From the human T2T-CHM13v2.0 reference genome, Homo sapiens: DNA of 64,000 nt. Every line of letters starts with the position of its first letter. Position 1 is the stretch's first letter. The DNA lies in assembly GCF_009914755.1 (NCBI RefSeq), contig NC_060927.1. One strand, written 5' to 3'. Positions 17,600-36,081 of this stretch are shown here, in pieces. The position numbers were made by a program, and so were the translations under genes. The notes beneath the pieces are model-generated. The model saw only the letters and a program-made list of their open reading frames with translations, was not told the origin of the DNA and ran no database searches.

Positions 17600-18600
17600 G
17601 TCCAGTCTGCAGTTTTTGTAGTTAGGAGCACTAGGCTAGGTCCTTCCCAGGCCAGCTCCAGCTTCTCCTCTTTCCAGCTTTTGATGAGGACGTGATCCCC
17701 AGGTTGATGTTTGATGCACTGGGAACTCCAGGGGTGGCGCCTGTGCTAAGAGAACTTTAGTTTTAAGAGAAGAGAAAGAAGAAGACAGGCCAAGTGTATA
17801 ATTTTTAAGAAATTGATCTTTTGTTTCAGAGGTAGGATTGTCAGCAGTGGAGTGTAAATAAGGCAATCCGTAGAGCATCTCATAAGGAGAAAGACCAGTA
17901 TCTTTCCACAGGGCAGTTCAGATTCTCAGCAGGGCAATAGGAAGGCTCTTGGTCCATGGTAACCAAGTCACCAGTACCAATTTTGTTAAGTGGTTCTTTA
18001 AAGTCTGATTTATTCTTTCTACTCTCCCTGATGAAGGTGGGTGCCAGGGAGTATGGTATTCCCATCTAATGTCTAATGTTTGGGACAGCTTTTTAATGAT
18101 GTATGCAGTGAAATGAGTTCCATTGCCTGAGTCAATATTTTCTATTAGTTCAAACCTGGGCACTATATTTTCAATCGGGGCTTTGGCTACATTGTTGGCT
18201 GTTGCATTTGAAAAGGGGATAGCTTTGACCCAGTGAGTGAGGTGATCTACTATCACTAGTAAGTATTTTAGACGACCTATTGGAGGCATTTCTGTGTAAT
18301 CAACTTGGATACTTTGGAATGGCCTTAAGCCTGGACTCTTTCCCCCAAGGGGTAATCTTTTATAGTTTATTAGGTTCTTTTTTTTCATACTGAGTAACTG
18401 TCTGTACCTGTTTGGCCAGGATATAAATTCCTATGTACCCATAAACTCTGAGAACTGCATCACACATGCCCTGGGGCCCCCAATAGGTCCCTCGATGTAG
18501 TTGGGACAAGATTTTCCTCATAAGGCGTTTGGATAACATTTCTGTCTGGTCTGGCAATATCTGTTTTCCTTCTGAATTCTTTAGCACCTATTTTTATTAG
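17600..18600 (-). pseudogene. pol: HERV-I integrase remnant
   Basis: QVDYTEMP..LVIVDHLTHWV..IDSGNGTHF..HTPWHPPSSGRVERIN. Confidence 0.9.
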
Positions 18601-19448
18601 TTTTTAGACCAAAGAAAGCCAAACATCATTTTATATTTGGCAATGCTTCCTGTATGATTTTATACCAGATAAGCTAAATTTCACCTTTATATCAGTGTGC
18701 TATTAATGTTAAACTCAATTTTAATAAAACCTGTAGACATATTTATCCAATTTTAATGTCTAACCATAAGGTAAGATTTTTATACACTCTTTTTAACCCT
18801 TTATAATTTTTGTTAAAGAACAGGTTAGTGCTTTAAGAAAAACCCATTGTGCTTTTATTTTAATGTCCAATTTACAGCAAAACTGGATGATACCCCTTTA
18901 ACTTTAGCCAATATGTTCATACACAGAATTTCCTTTACAATTAATGTTTCAAAACTTGCATAAACCTTCAAAGCATTTTTTAACTTTTTAATGTCGGTAA
19001 AAATCCACATTCTTATGCCTCCTAGTAATACTCTTACCAAAAGTATATTTTACTTTCCTTATACATCTTGCACATAAACTGTTTCTTCAATAGTTTTACA
19101 TTCAGGAGGCCTACTTACTTTTAAATTATACAACATTTCTTGCGTAGATTCCCTTTTATAACATTTTTTATGACTTTTACAGACAATCTTTGACATGCCT
19201 CAACTTTCTGACTTGTAAACATCCCTTTCAACAACCAGTTAATTTACTTTAGGACAAGAATTTACCATATAAGACTCTTTTTACATAAATTCTCCTTTTT
19301 TTAATGTCAAAGATGATAATCGTTCTTTCCCAAAGCAAACTTCCTTCATGTATGTGGACTAGACTGCCTAAGGCCACAAGATTAGAAGTTGCGATAATAC
19401 ATGCTGTACCATTAACTTTTAGCCAACTTTACTTTTGTTGAAAATCTT

Positions 19449-21373
<1,925 letters not shown>

Positions 21374-21515
21374 TAAGTTTGGGATTTTAATATGTGCTAG
21401 GTGTAGAGCCTAGGACCTAGAAAGAAGTGCAGATAAAGTCTGGCTTATTCTAGCATTTAACTCCATGTGTCCTAGGTTTTACCTGGCTGCAAAGCAGGCC
21501 AGTTGTACAGCTAAG

Positions 21516-23629
21516 AAATGGTAGACTGTTTGGCTATCTGGTCTGCTAGGTTATTTCCTCAATTTCAAAAGAAAGGCTTTTCTGGTATCCAGGGATATGG
21601 ACAATAACTATTTCTTCTGGCAACTGAAGGTTGTTTAATACTTGGGTGATTAATTCCTTGTGGACCAGGTCTTGGCCTTTGCTATTAATAAGACCTCGTT
21701 CAGTCCAAATTTTTCCAAATGTATGAGCCACTCCACAGGTGTACTTAGAATCAGTATAGATGGTTCCTTCCTGGTTCTGTAAGTACTTTAAGGCTTGGTT
21801 GAATACAAACAGCTCACACGTTTGAGCAGACCAATTATTAGGCAATTTTCCTGACTATTTCTACAAGAGTTTCTCTATCAATTACTGAATATCCATTGTG
21901 TCATTTTCCCTCAATCACCTGGGAGGAGCCATCTATAAATAAGTGTCCTTCTGTCCTGAAGGGAGTTTCTCCTAGGACTGGTCAGACCTTTGTATGGTAA
22001 TCAATTAAATGTAAACATGTGTGATCGCTCTCTAGATTTGGATCCCCTGTTAGGAAACCTGCTGGGTTAAGCAAATTATCAGTGGTTAATGTTAAATCAT
22101 CTTTTTCTAACAGAATAGCCTCATACTTTGAGATTCTTGAGTCAGTAAGCTACCTTTTTGCTTTCTGACTTAGGATAGTTCTGACCTGGTGAGGTGTGCT
22201 CACAATGAAGTTTCCTCCAAAAGTTATTTTTCTACTTTCTTCTGTTAGCAAAGCAGTTGCCACTACAGATTGAACGCATTTGGGCTATCCGCGGGTTACT
22301 GGCTTAAGGATATTTGATAGGAAGGCTTAGGGTTGCCAGTGGCCACCATGCTCTTGGGTAAGTACTTCTAAGGCTATGCCCTTGTTTACACTGATGGAAT
22401 GGCTGCTTAAGGAGGGTAAAGCTAGGACAGGGGCAGTTACTAATAGATGTTTTAACCTTTCCAGGTGGAAATTTGGATTTCTGGTAATTGCCAAATGAGG
22501 GGGTTTGGCCCGTCTTGCATGAGCTTTTTGTATAAAGGTTTTGTTTTTAGGGCATAAGAGTCTATCCATAGATGACAGTATCTGACTAACCCTAAAATTT
22601 TCTAAGTTTTTGTTTAGTCTCCGGCAGAGGCAAGGATATGATGCCTTTAATCCATTCAAGCTCAATTTTCCATTTACCTTTGCTAATTAAATGACTTGTT
22701 CTAATATTTGACTAAATAAATTTGGAGACTTCATAAATCCTTGGGATAAGACTGTCCATTGGTATTGCTGTTTTCAACTGGAGTGAGGGTCTTCTCACTC
22801 AAAGACAAATAGGTCCTGGCTGTCCTCTACTAATGGACAAGCCCAGAGGCATCTTTTAAATCTATTACTGTAAACCACTGGTGACTGTATGAGATCCTAC
22901 TGATAATAGCATAAGGATTGGGAACAATAGGGTGTGTAGTTTGGACTGTCTGATTAATAGCTCTAAGGTCTTGCACTAACTGATATGACCCATCTGGCTT
23001 CTTTACAGGCAGTATTGGAGTGTTATAGGGAGACATACAGGGTTTAAGAAGCCCATCACAAAGAAGATCTTCAATTATAGGTTTTAAATTTACCCTGGCT
23101 TCTAAAGGAATAGAGTATTGCGTTCGCTTTACTACTTCCCCAGGGGTTTTTAATTTAACATGAATCAGAGGAATCTGTAACTTTCCTCTATTCCTGTCTC
23201 TTGACCATATATCGGGATGAATGTGTTCTTCATCTGCGGTGGTGAGCAAGTTTAGGGAGGGGAGAAATTTCCTATGATTGATTTGGAGGCCTAAGCCTAA
23301 TTCTAGCGTTGAATCTCTTCCTAATAGATTTGTCCCTGTGTCCGGAATTGACAGAAATTTATACTAGCTGATTGGTTTTTATATTTTACTCCTGTCTCCT
23401 CTAAGACTTTTGTTTTAAACCCTTCTCCTTTTACTCCTGAGATAAAAAGGTCTTCTTGTGAACAAGTTGCACTGGATGGAAGAGAACAAACTGAGGAGCG
23501 AGCTGCTTCTGTGTTGATTAAAAAGGTGATAAGCTTAAGTTTAGGTCCCACTTCTAAATTTATTAAGGGCTTTTGGTGGGACTTAAGATAAAAAATAAAA
23601 GAGCCCCTGACTTCCTTAGTCTTCTTCAA
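21516..23629 (-). pseudogene. pol: HERV-I pro, RT and RNase H remnants
   Basis: FLINTEAARSSV (protease), SPYNTPILPVKKPDGSYQLVQDLRAIN (RT), IYTDSKY (RNase H). Confidence 0.88.
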
Positions 23630-23639
23630 AAGCTTTAAA

Positions 23640-24195
23640 TGGGATACTTTTTCTTTCTTTTCTCATTCAGGACATTGTCTTTTAAAGTGGCCTAATTTTC
23701 CACATTTGAAACATTCGTTCTGTCCCTTTTTTTTTTTTCTACCTTTGAGTCTCCTGGCTTTACTCTTTCATACCCATTATATTACCTGGAGAGTGGGGGT
23801 TTAGGTTCTTTATAGGTTCTGGCCCCCTGGGTACTTTGTTATATGGTGGAGAGCAGAATTTTTGCTTTCTGCTTTTGTGTTTCCTTCATCTCTTTTTACA
23901 TATACTTTTTGGGCTTCTCTTAGAAGCTCTTCCATAGGTCTATCTTTCCAGTTCTCTTGTAATTTCTTGTTAATATCTGGCCAAGTATTAGTTACAAAAT
24001 GAAGCTTTAACATCCCTCATTTGAGGGGGGTCTTCTAATTCTAGACCTACATATTTCCTCATTTGCTCTTTGAGTCTTTCTAGGAATTTTGTAGGTCTTT
24101 CATCTTTTCCTTGTTGTATATTGAAAGGTTTTATAATGCTTTGGATGCGGGGCGCAGACTCTCAAATTCTTTCAATTATCATTTCTCTAAGGTTT
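23640..24195 (-). pseudogene. gag: HERV-I gag C-terminal remnant; the 5' part of gag appears deleted
   Basis: LHFVTNTWPDINKKLQ..ELLREAQKVYV; CFKCGKLGHFKRQCP knuckle near 23668-23715. Confidence 0.8.
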
Positions 24196-24737
24196 TTTTT
24201 TCTTCTAATATTTTAACATTAGGCCTAGAGGACTATTAGGCGGAGTATTATTGTTGTTAACTTTATCCTTTTTATCCCTTATCTTACTTGGGGTGTTTCC
24301 CATATTGGGTCCTGGTTAGGCTCAATCTCTCGTATTACAGATGGCTTACCTATCCTTCTCTGGGGGCTTGCTAGGGCTATTAGACTCAATCTCTCATATT
24401 AGAGATGTCTCACCTATCCTTAAGCCCCAACTGCTGGAGGCTCCATGCATTCACACACACTTTCAACCCCCAGAATATCCTGACGACCAAGGAAATACTT
24501 TGTCGCCCCTGCGGTGTTTCTTACCTTGGTCTGTGCAGAGAATTACCTGGTCACTGTGGTATGTGAGGATCCTTTCCCCCAGGTTGCCAGCCGGTTTCTT
24601 TCTTCATTGCTGAGAGTATGAGTTTATTCATCACACCGGGTGGGTCTCAATTCCTTACCCCCGAGGCCACTGCAGTGAGGCAGCAGGGCATGTCTCCTCA
24701 TGGGAGAGGTCTAGACCCTCCCCAGAGGAGAATGAGA

Positions 24738-24755
24738 ATCCCAGATGGGCCCCCA
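24738..24755 (-). promoter_or_regulatory. Primer-binding site, tRNA-Pro-like
   Basis: tgggggcccatctgggat versus TGGGGGCTCGTCCGGGAT (3 mismatches), 4 nt from the LTR. Confidence 0.75.
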
Positions 24756-24759
24756 AATT

Positions 24760-25332
24760 TGCTAGAAATAAATTTTTGGTGCTGCAAAAGAAATAGCACT
24801 CAAACACGAATTTTCTCAGCAAGGCAATTTTACTTCTATAGAAGAGTGCATCTCTCAGATGGAACAATGGCGAGAGCACACCTGAACAAGGGAGGGGGAG
24901 GGGTTTTTATCTCTGATACAAGTAACCCCTACTGCTGTGTCATTCCCCTATTGGCTAGGGTTGGACCACACAGTCTAAGCTAATTCTGATTGGCTATTTT
25001 AAAGAGAGCAGGGGTATGAAACAGAATGGCGGGGTGAGCAGTTTTGGTGGGAAGGACAGTTACGGAACAGGTGACTAAAGGTGACTCAGGTCAGAGCAGG
25101 TGACAGGGGTGACTCAGGTTAGAGTAGGTAACCAGTGGTGACTCAGCATGGAGCAGGTGACCAGGGGAACAGATGTGAACTGATTAGAACTGGTGAAAAA
25201 GTTGTTTACTGAAACTAGGGTCAAGGAGATGAGGAGAATGAGGAAGTTAAACTTTAAAATGGAGAACAAAGAACTGAACATACTGACATACTGATTCTTT
25301 GAAGAGAAATTTAGAACTCACTGTATTTAACA
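24760..25332 (-). mobile_element. 5' LTR (LTR10A-like)
   Basis: Similar to 14946-15482; TGACTCA at 25082, 25110 and 25139. Confidence 0.88.
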
Positions 25333-26868
25333 CTATCTTGGAGAATGTTCCACATGCTGATGAGAAGAATGTATATTCCGCAGTTCTTTGGTAGAATGTT
25401 CTGTAAATATCTAAGTCCATTTATTCTAGTGTATCATTTAAGTCCATTGTTTCCTTGTTGACTTTGTCTCTGATTTGTCTAGTGCTATCAGTAGTACATT
25501 GAAGTCTCCCACTATTATTGTGTTGCTGTCTATCTCATTTTGTAGGTCTAGTAGTAATTGTCTTATGAATCTGGGAGCTCCAGTGTTAGGTGCATATAAA
25601 TTTAGGATTGTAATATCTTCTTCTTGGAGTGCTCCTTTTATCATATGACTTTCTTTGTCTTTTTTTACTGTTGTTGCTTTGAAGTCTGTTTTATCTGTTA
25701 TAAGAATAGCTATGCCTGCTTGCTTTTGGTTTTTATTTGTGTGGAATATCTTTTTGCACCCTTTACCTTGAGTTTATATGAATCCTTCTGTGTGAGGTGA
25801 GTCTCTGGAAGACAGCAGATATTTGGTTTGTAATTTTTAAAAATCCATTCTGTATCTTTTTAAGTGGAACATTTAGGCCATTTACATTCAACATTAATGT
25901 TGAGATGTGAGATACTGTTCTCTTCATCATGTTAATTATTACCTATATTTTTTTTCATTGTGTTATTGTTTTTAGGCCCTGTGAATTTTATGCTTTCAGA
26001 AAGTTCTATTCTGGTGCATACTGAGCTTTTGCTTCAAGGTTTGTAACTCTTTTTAGAATTTTTTATAGTGCTAGTTTGGTAGTGTCAAATTCCCTCAGCA
26101 TTTGTTTGTCTGAAAATGACCTGTTTTATCTTTCATTTATAAAACTTAGTTTTGCTGGATTCAAAATTCTTGGCTGACAGTTATCCTGTTTAAGGAGGCT
26201 GAAGATCAGACCCCAATCCCTTCTGGCTTATAAGGTTTCTGCTGACAAGTCTGTTCTTAGTCTGACAGGGTTTCCTTTATAGGTTACCTGATGCTTTTAT
26301 CTTACTGCTCTTATAATTCTTTCCTTCATTTTGACTTTAAATAGCTTGATTACTATATTCCTTGGTGAAGATCTTTTTGCAGTGAATTTCTCAGGTGTTC
26401 TTTGAGCTTCCTGGATGTGGGTGTCTAAATCTCTAGCCAGGCCAGGAAAGTTTTCCTCGATTGTTCCCTCAAGTAACTTTTCCAAACTTTCTGTTTTCTC
26501 CTCTCCCTCAGTAACACTGATTATTCTTAGGTTTGGCTTTTTTTTACATAATCCCATATTTCTTGGAGACTTTATTTATTTCTTTTGATTCTTTTTTCTT
26601 TATTTTTATCTGATTGGGTTAATTCAAAAGTCTTGTCTTCAAACACTGAAATTCTTTCTTCTGCTTGTTCTAGTCTATCGTTAAAACTTCCCATGACGTT
26701 TTGTAATTCCCTAAATGTGTCTTTCATTTCCAGAAGTTGTGACTGGTTTTTCTTTATAATATCTATTTCTCTAGAACATTCTTCATATCTTGAACTGCTT
26801 TTAAAATTTCTTTGATAGTTTCCACCTTTCTCTGGTACCTCCTTCAATAGCTTAATAATCAACCTTCT

Positions 26869-27163
<295 letters not shown>

Positions 27164-30100
27164 AATCAACCTTCTGAATTCTTTATCTGGTATTTCAAAG
27201 ATTTCATCCTGGTTTGGATCCATTGCTGGAAAGCTAGTGTGATCTTTTGGGGGTGTTATAGAACCCTGTTTTGTCTTATTACCAGAGTCACTTTTCTGGT
27301 TCCTTCTCATTGGGGTAGACTATTTCTTCCAATTATTCTTGAATTTATGTTTGATTTGACTGTTTCTTTTTTTAACTTTTCCCCTTAAGGATGTGACTTT
27401 AATGCTTATAGTTAATTATAGCCTAATTCAGTTATTGGTGCTTTCAGGGGTGAAGACTTTGTAAGATTTCCTTGGTTATAGAGATTCTTTGCATGATGAC
27501 TTTCTCATGCTGGTTGTAGTAGCAGTGTGCTTCATGTGTGAGCAAGTTCATTGTCTTCTATGGAGTTGGAATGGTAGAGGTCTCTTGAAGTTTATCTCAT
27601 TTCCCTGTGGCATGTACTTTTTAATTTATTTTCCTCTATTATTGTATCTACTTGTTTGATGGTCAGGCTTCAGGCCAGTAGGGGAAGTATTCCTGGGTAA
27701 GAACCCACTGTGGCTAAAGCAGGTGGGTAAGTGCAATACCCAATGGTGGGCAGATGTCCCAGTCTTGACAGAGGTGGCTGGAGGAGCTTTCAGCGAGTTG
27801 CATTGAGGTCTCATCAGGGGGAAGGGTTGGAGCCACCTCAGTTATTCTGCCAGGTCAGCATGAAAGTGATCCACCTCTCAGATACACTCCTGTCCCAGAG
27901 CTCCACATGATCGGGCTACAGAGTTTAGCTAAACTACTCTCTATGCAGGATTCAAAAAATATTTGTTTAAAATTAATGTTTCTGGGTTAGTTCCTTGGAA
28001 ATTACACTTAGAAAGTTTCAGATTACATTACTCACCCATAGAACAGAGACATTAGAAAAATGCCAAAGTGGGCACATCCACAGTTGACAGGATTTCAAAC
28101 CTCAGAATAAAATGTGTAGAAGGTGATTATGCTTCCCAGCACAGGGCAGGTTCTGGGAGTGCTCCCAGGTTGCACACTCAAATACAGAATGTTAAGCAGT
28201 AGTGTCCAGGCAGATTCTTGTGTACCACAGGACTCACATGTTTTAAAATGTTCATCATTCTTAGTGGTCAAAGGTCATACCAGGAAGAGTTAAGATAACT
28301 TTACTCAGAATTCTAGCCTGACTGAATCGGGGTGGTAGTGTTGACTGCTACCTTAAAGGAAATTCAAGGATTTATATAATAGGAAATGTTGCCATCTTCC
28401 CTACCTCCCCCAGATCAGATCCACCTGCACAGATAACTTAAGCAGAGACATATTCCAAATATTTAATATACCACACTTACAACTTAGAAGTACAGAAACT
28501 TGCACTATGCATAGAAGTGTAAGTAAAACTATATTCTCCACTATGGGGGTCTATTCTTTCTGAGAGTTTGTGGGTAAGTATATGGAGCAATACAAATGTG
28601 CTGTGATAACAGAAAAAGAACATTTTCTGTTCCTGTTTTCTTAGACTGAAATGACACATTAAAACCATAATAAATGGCAGAAAGAGTGGCTCAGATTCTA
28701 CCAGAAAAAACCTAATCAAAGACTTTTCACAAGTTAACAATTCTCATAGATTTCCATCAACATTGTTAGGCATTATTCTGCATTCTGGATTATGTTGTGC
28801 ATCACTTTTTTGCAAACTTCTAGATTCCTTTCTAAAGAATATGGAATTAAACATATCTGCTTAATGCCATGTGATAAAGCTGCTCATTTACCATTCCAGT
28901 ATATTTTCTGAGGATGCTCCAGATACCGGAGTATCTGGAAAACAAGGGAGAGGGCAAACTTGTTCTGAAACAAAGAAAAACAAAAAGTTCATTTTAATGC
29001 CATTGACATTGGGAAGGACAAACCATTGTTTGTCTATTAACATGAGAGCTACAGGCACACAGGTATTGACACACTTTTAAAATGTGCATCATCATAGACA
29101 GGGCTAGACAGAGCCAATCTGGGGTTGCACCTGTTCACTGCTACTTTGGCCCCTGAAAAGTTTTGTAGCAAATCATCTGGCCCTGTGTTTTCAGCACTGT
29201 TCTGATCTGAACTCTTAGTCCTCTCAGTCCTTTGGGTCCATCTGTTGGACCACCTCAGAGGCCTACTCTGCATTCATGTCCTGGCACATCTGACCCTGTT
29301 GTTTGATTCAAGGCACACCTACCATGTTCTAATACTTAAATTATTGTATAGCTACTAAGTAATGTACACTAAATGCCATCACAGAGCCTAGTTACAGATT
29401 TTTAAGAAATGAAATGGGAAAATGGAAATAAACTATAAAAGCCAAAGTAAAACCCAGGCCCTGCATGGTACATTAGTACTTCCCCAAGGACACTGAATTG
29501 AACAAAATTTAGTAACTCTGGGTATACTGGAAAACCCTTTACAAATTAACCCAGACAGAAAAAAACATCAAGGCCTCTGCAGGTGTTTGGATATAGCCAG
29601 AGGGATGGTGTCTGCCGGGGGTGGAAGGTCTGTGGCTTGGATAAGCAGCATATCAAAGCCAGGTCTGGTAGGCAGGGAGCTGGCCCCATATCTACAGATC
29701 AGAATGGCAGCATCGTTGGACATGGGGTATTGTAAGAGGTGCCCAGACCAACCTTCTAGAAAAGTTATTAAAGTTTTCCAGTTGCCTTCTGACATATATC
29801 TGTGTAGCTAAAATATTAAAGAAAATATTTTTAATGGTCTTCTAAAGAACCTCTAAATTTAATTAATTTGGACTGTAGAAGTTAGTAAAATTTTACATTT
29901 TAAAATCAATAATATCATTTTTTAAATCCTCCATGGTAGAATTCTTCTGGTTACTTTTTCTCTTTTAGGAACTCACTCTGCCCATTTGGCAGATCTGCCA
30001 TCTAGCCAATCTGCTGGATAAGCAGCTACAGCTTTAAATCAGATTCCCCACTATCTAAGACTATCAACCTTGGATAGTCTTAGATACCAAACAATGGATA

Positions 30101-31384
30101 CCAGGGATAAGAATCCCTGCCATTACCTACCATTTACTTATATAATATAGTTTTTGAGATGTATATGAACTAAATTTGTCATCTACTACCTCAGAAATGT
30201 CTATGAGAAATGTAGCATATCTAGAGAGTTGTAAGCCTGAAAGCTTTGTGAAGAGTGAATGAGGGCTGTCATTCCCGCAACAAATGCTTGCATTAAATGT
30301 GTGTCTGTGTATACATACATTCATATGCTACCATTCCAGTTAAAGGCAAAAGTAACAAATATCTTGGAGGTGTCTATTGGAGGCAGAAGATGAGAGACAC
30401 CAGAGCTTTGTAATTATTCTCAGCTTAGACATTGTCAGAGGATTGCCAGCTAAGAGTCCCACTCATTTTTAGGTACAAAACTTTTTGTGGTTTTATTAGA
30501 AATTAATCATTTGATGGCGTTGCTACAGCCAGAAATAAGAACAGATGAGAGCAGCAATCAGAATTTTCAGGCTGAAAGCACAGATCAGTGATTCTCTTTC
30601 AGTGGAGTTTTTCTGGGGGTTATTAGCCTAAGCTCTGTGCTTCCTTTTTCTCTTCATACCGAGAGAAAACTTTTTCTTGTTCCAGGGACTGGCAGTGTTA
30701 TGTCCTGGTTACATTTTTAACCATACAGATGACATTATGACTATCTAGAAAACAACACAATAACTGGTTTTTTAAAATGGAAAGTCTCTTCACAGTTGTT
30801 TTATCTATGGGATGCAATGGCTCTGCTTATCAGCTCACCATTATTTTTCCCTGCTGCTACACAGCATTGTAGACAGACCCCAAAGAACCAAATTAATTTA
30901 TGAATTGTGACTAACAGATGCTGTGCTTGAATCCCCCTCATTCTGAGAGGTCAAGCAAGGTCAGGAGATCACTATCCCCCAAACCATTAAATGTTATTTG
31001 GATGGAATAAATGATATGCTCTATGGGAGCTGAGCCTTCCAAATTCTCATAACTGCACAATTGACATAACTGTACAGGTCCCCTTTATCCACCTGCTGGA
31101 CACTGAGCCTGCTTCCTGCTTCTGCTCCATGGATTGCTAGGTTAAACTCACAACACTGCTCAAGAGACCCTCTGTGAAAAAGAAAAAAGATAATAAAACA
31201 AAGGTAGGCAAAATTAAGCTTCATCTGGAATTGGCTGCCAGATGTTTCATGCCTTCTAGGTTTGCTTCAATTTTTATGAGACACACATGAGCTCTTCTGG
31301 GTCTCGTGTATGGGCATGTATATTTTTATTAAAATATCCTTATGCTTTGTAGGAGGTTGGGGGGTCATTTTTTTCATGGAAGAT

Positions 31385-31500
31385 ATAAAAGAACCATGGG
31401 ATGGGAACCAGAGGTACAGCACACACTCTTGCTACTACCCAGCTGCATAACCTGGGGCAAATCTTCCAAGTTGAATCTACACAGCTACACAGTTCACCTG
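31385..31500 (+). mobile_element. Possible MIR fragment
   Basis: ctactacccagctgcataacctggggcaaatc resembles the MIR core. Confidence 0.35.
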
Positions 31501-31612
31501 ATTTTGGCAGCTAGCTCCTCAGTAAGACAAATAATGCCCAGGACAATTAAAGCCTCTTGGAAATGAAGCTTCAGTTTCTTACCTATATGTCAATTTTAAA
31601 GAATTTTTAAAA

Positions 31613-32012
<400 letters not shown>

Positions 32013-32431
32013 TAGGGGCTCTTTGTATATTTTAGATATTTTATTCACTACCTACATTACACATAACTTTCTGCGACTCTAGCATTGGTCTTATGATTTT
32101 GTTTATACTACATCTGTGTTTCAGTTTATAGTGTGATTTACAGTATGGTTTGTCAAACCAAATTTATTACCTGGGAAGACATATATTTTATTATCATAAT
32201 CTATATATGCCTACATATAGATTTTTTGGTATTTACCCTGCATGTTGTTGTTTAAAATTTTGGGGTCTGTGGTTTGGTTTCAGACATCGATTTTGGGAAA
32301 TTCTCAGTCATTATTGCTTCAAATGTTTCTTTGATCCTTTCTGTTATTCTTCTCTTTCTGGTTTTCTCATTAAGTGTATGTTACACCTTTTGTAGTTGTC
32401 TCACCATTCTTGGATATTCTGGGGGTTTTTT

Positions 32432-32910
<479 letters not shown>

Positions 32911-33154
32911 TGACATAAACTGAGGCTCACTAATTCTTTCCTTTGTCATGTCCATTCTACTGAGTATCAAAGATATTCTTCAGCTCTTTTAAAAATTTTG
33001 TATTTTTAAATATTGTGGGTACATAGTATATATTTATGGGTACATAAGATGTTTTGATGCAGGTATGCATGCATAATAATCACATCATGGAAAATGGGGT
33101 ACCCGTCCCTCAAGCATTTATCGTTTGTGTTATAAATAATCATACTCATTTAGT

Positions 33155-33862
<708 letters not shown>

Positions 33863-36081
33863 TAATAACTTTTTTGTACCAATTAACCATCCACATCTTC
33901 TCATGCACCCATTACCCTTCTCAGTCTCTGGTAACCGTGCTTCTACTCTCTGTCTCCATGAGTTCAATTGTTTTGATTTCTAGATCCCACAAATAAGTGA
34001 GAACATGTGATGTTTGTCTTTCTGTGCCTAGCTTATTTCACTTAACATAGTGACCTGACAGGATATCATTCTTATTTATGGCTGAATAGTACTCCATTGT
34101 GTATAAGTACTACAGTTTCCTTTATCCATCATCTGTTGATGGACACTTAGGTTGCTTCCACATTTTGGCTACTGTAAACAGTTCTGCAACAAACATGGAA
34201 GTGCAGATATCCCTTTAGTATACTGAGTTCCTTTCTTTTGGGTGTATACTCAGCAGTGGGATTGCTGGATCATTGGTAGCTCTATTTTTAGTTTTTTGAG
34301 GAACTCCAAACTGTTCTCCATAGTGGTTCCACTAATTTACATTCTCACCAACAGTGTGCAAGGGTTCCCTTTACTTCACATCCTTGCCAGAATTTGTTAT
34401 TGCCTGTCTTTTGCATATAAGCCATATAAGATGATATATTAGTGTAGTTTTGATTTGCATTTCTCTGATGATGACTGATGTCAAGCACCTTTTTGTGGGC
34501 CAGTTTGCCATCTGTATTTCTTCTTTTGAGAAATGCCTATTCAAATCTCTTCCCCATTTTTAAATCAGATGATTTGATTTTTTTCTATAGAGTTGTTTGA
34601 ACTTCTTACGTATTCTGGTTATTAACTACTTGTCAAATGGATAGTTTACAAGTATTTTATCCCATTCCATGAGTTGTCTCTTCACTTTGTTGATTGTTTC
34701 CTTTGCTGTGCAGAAGCTTTTTTTACCTGATGTGATCTCATTTGTCCATTTTTACTTTGGTTTCCTGTGCTTGTGGGGTATTACTCAAGAAATTTTTGCC
34801 CAGACCATTGTCCTGGAGAGTCTCTGCAATATTTTTTGCAGCAGTTTTCTAGTTTGACGTCTTAGATTTAAGTCTTTAATCCATTTTGATTAGATTTTTG
34901 TGAGCAATAGTGGTGTAGTTTCATTCATCTGCATATGGATATCCAGTTTTTCCAGCACCATTTATAGAAGGGACTCTCTTTTCCCCAACGTGTGTTCTTG
35001 GCACCTTTATTAAAAATGAATTTACTTTAGGCATATGAATTTGTTTATCAGTTCTCTAATCTATTCTAATGGTCTATGTGTCTGTTTCTACGTCAGTACC
35101 TTGCTGTTTTGTTTACCGTAGCTCTGTAGTATAACTTGAAGTCAGATAATGTGATTCCTGCAGTTTTGTTCTTTTTGTTCAGGATAGCTTTGGCTATTCT
35201 GGGTCTTTTGTGGTTCCAAATAAATTTTAGGATTGTTTATTCTATTACTGTGAAGAATGTAATTGACATCGCAATGGGAATTGCATTGAAACCTGTGGAT
35301 TGCTTTGGGTAGTATGGACATTTTAACCATATTAATTCTTCCATCTGTGAATATGGAATATTATTCCATATTTTGGTGGGTCCTCTTCAATTTCTATCAT
35401 TAGCATTTTATAGTTTTTCATTATAGAGAACTTTTACTTTCTTTAATTCCTAGGTATTTAGTTGTATCTGTGGCCATTGTAAATGGGATTACTTTTTAAT
35501 TTCTTTTTCAGATTGTTCACTGTTGGCATATAGAAATGCTACTGACTTTTGTATGTTGATTTTATATCATGCAAGTTTACTGTATTTGTTTATGAGTTCT
35601 AATAGGTTTTTTAATGGAGTTGTTTAGGTTTTTCCAAATATAAGATCATATCATCTGCAAACATCGATAATTTGACTTCTTCCTTTCTGGATGCCTTTTA
35701 TTTCTTTCTCTTGTCTGATTGTTCTAGCTAGGATTTCCAGTACTGTATGCTGAATAACAGTGGTGACAGTGGGCATCCTTCTTGTGTTCCAGACCTTAGA
35801 GAAAAGGCTTTTGGTTTTTCCCCATTCATTATGATACATCAGTCTGTCATATATGGCTTTTATTAAGTTGAGGTATGTTCCCTCTATATCCAGTTGTTTT
35901 TAGGGTTTTTATCAGGAAGGGATGTTGAATTTTATCAAGTGATTTTTCAGCATCAATTGAAATGATCATATGGTTTTTGTCCTTCATTCTGTTGATATGA
36001 TAGGTCACACTGATTGATTTGCATATGTTGAACCATCCTTGCATCCCAGGGATAAATCCCACTTGGCTATGATGAATAACA

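Noticed and set aside
29568-29811. Overlapping 74-75 aa ORFs in unique sequence as an exon
   Set aside because: No recognisable protein similarity or convincing splice-site pair; length expected by chance
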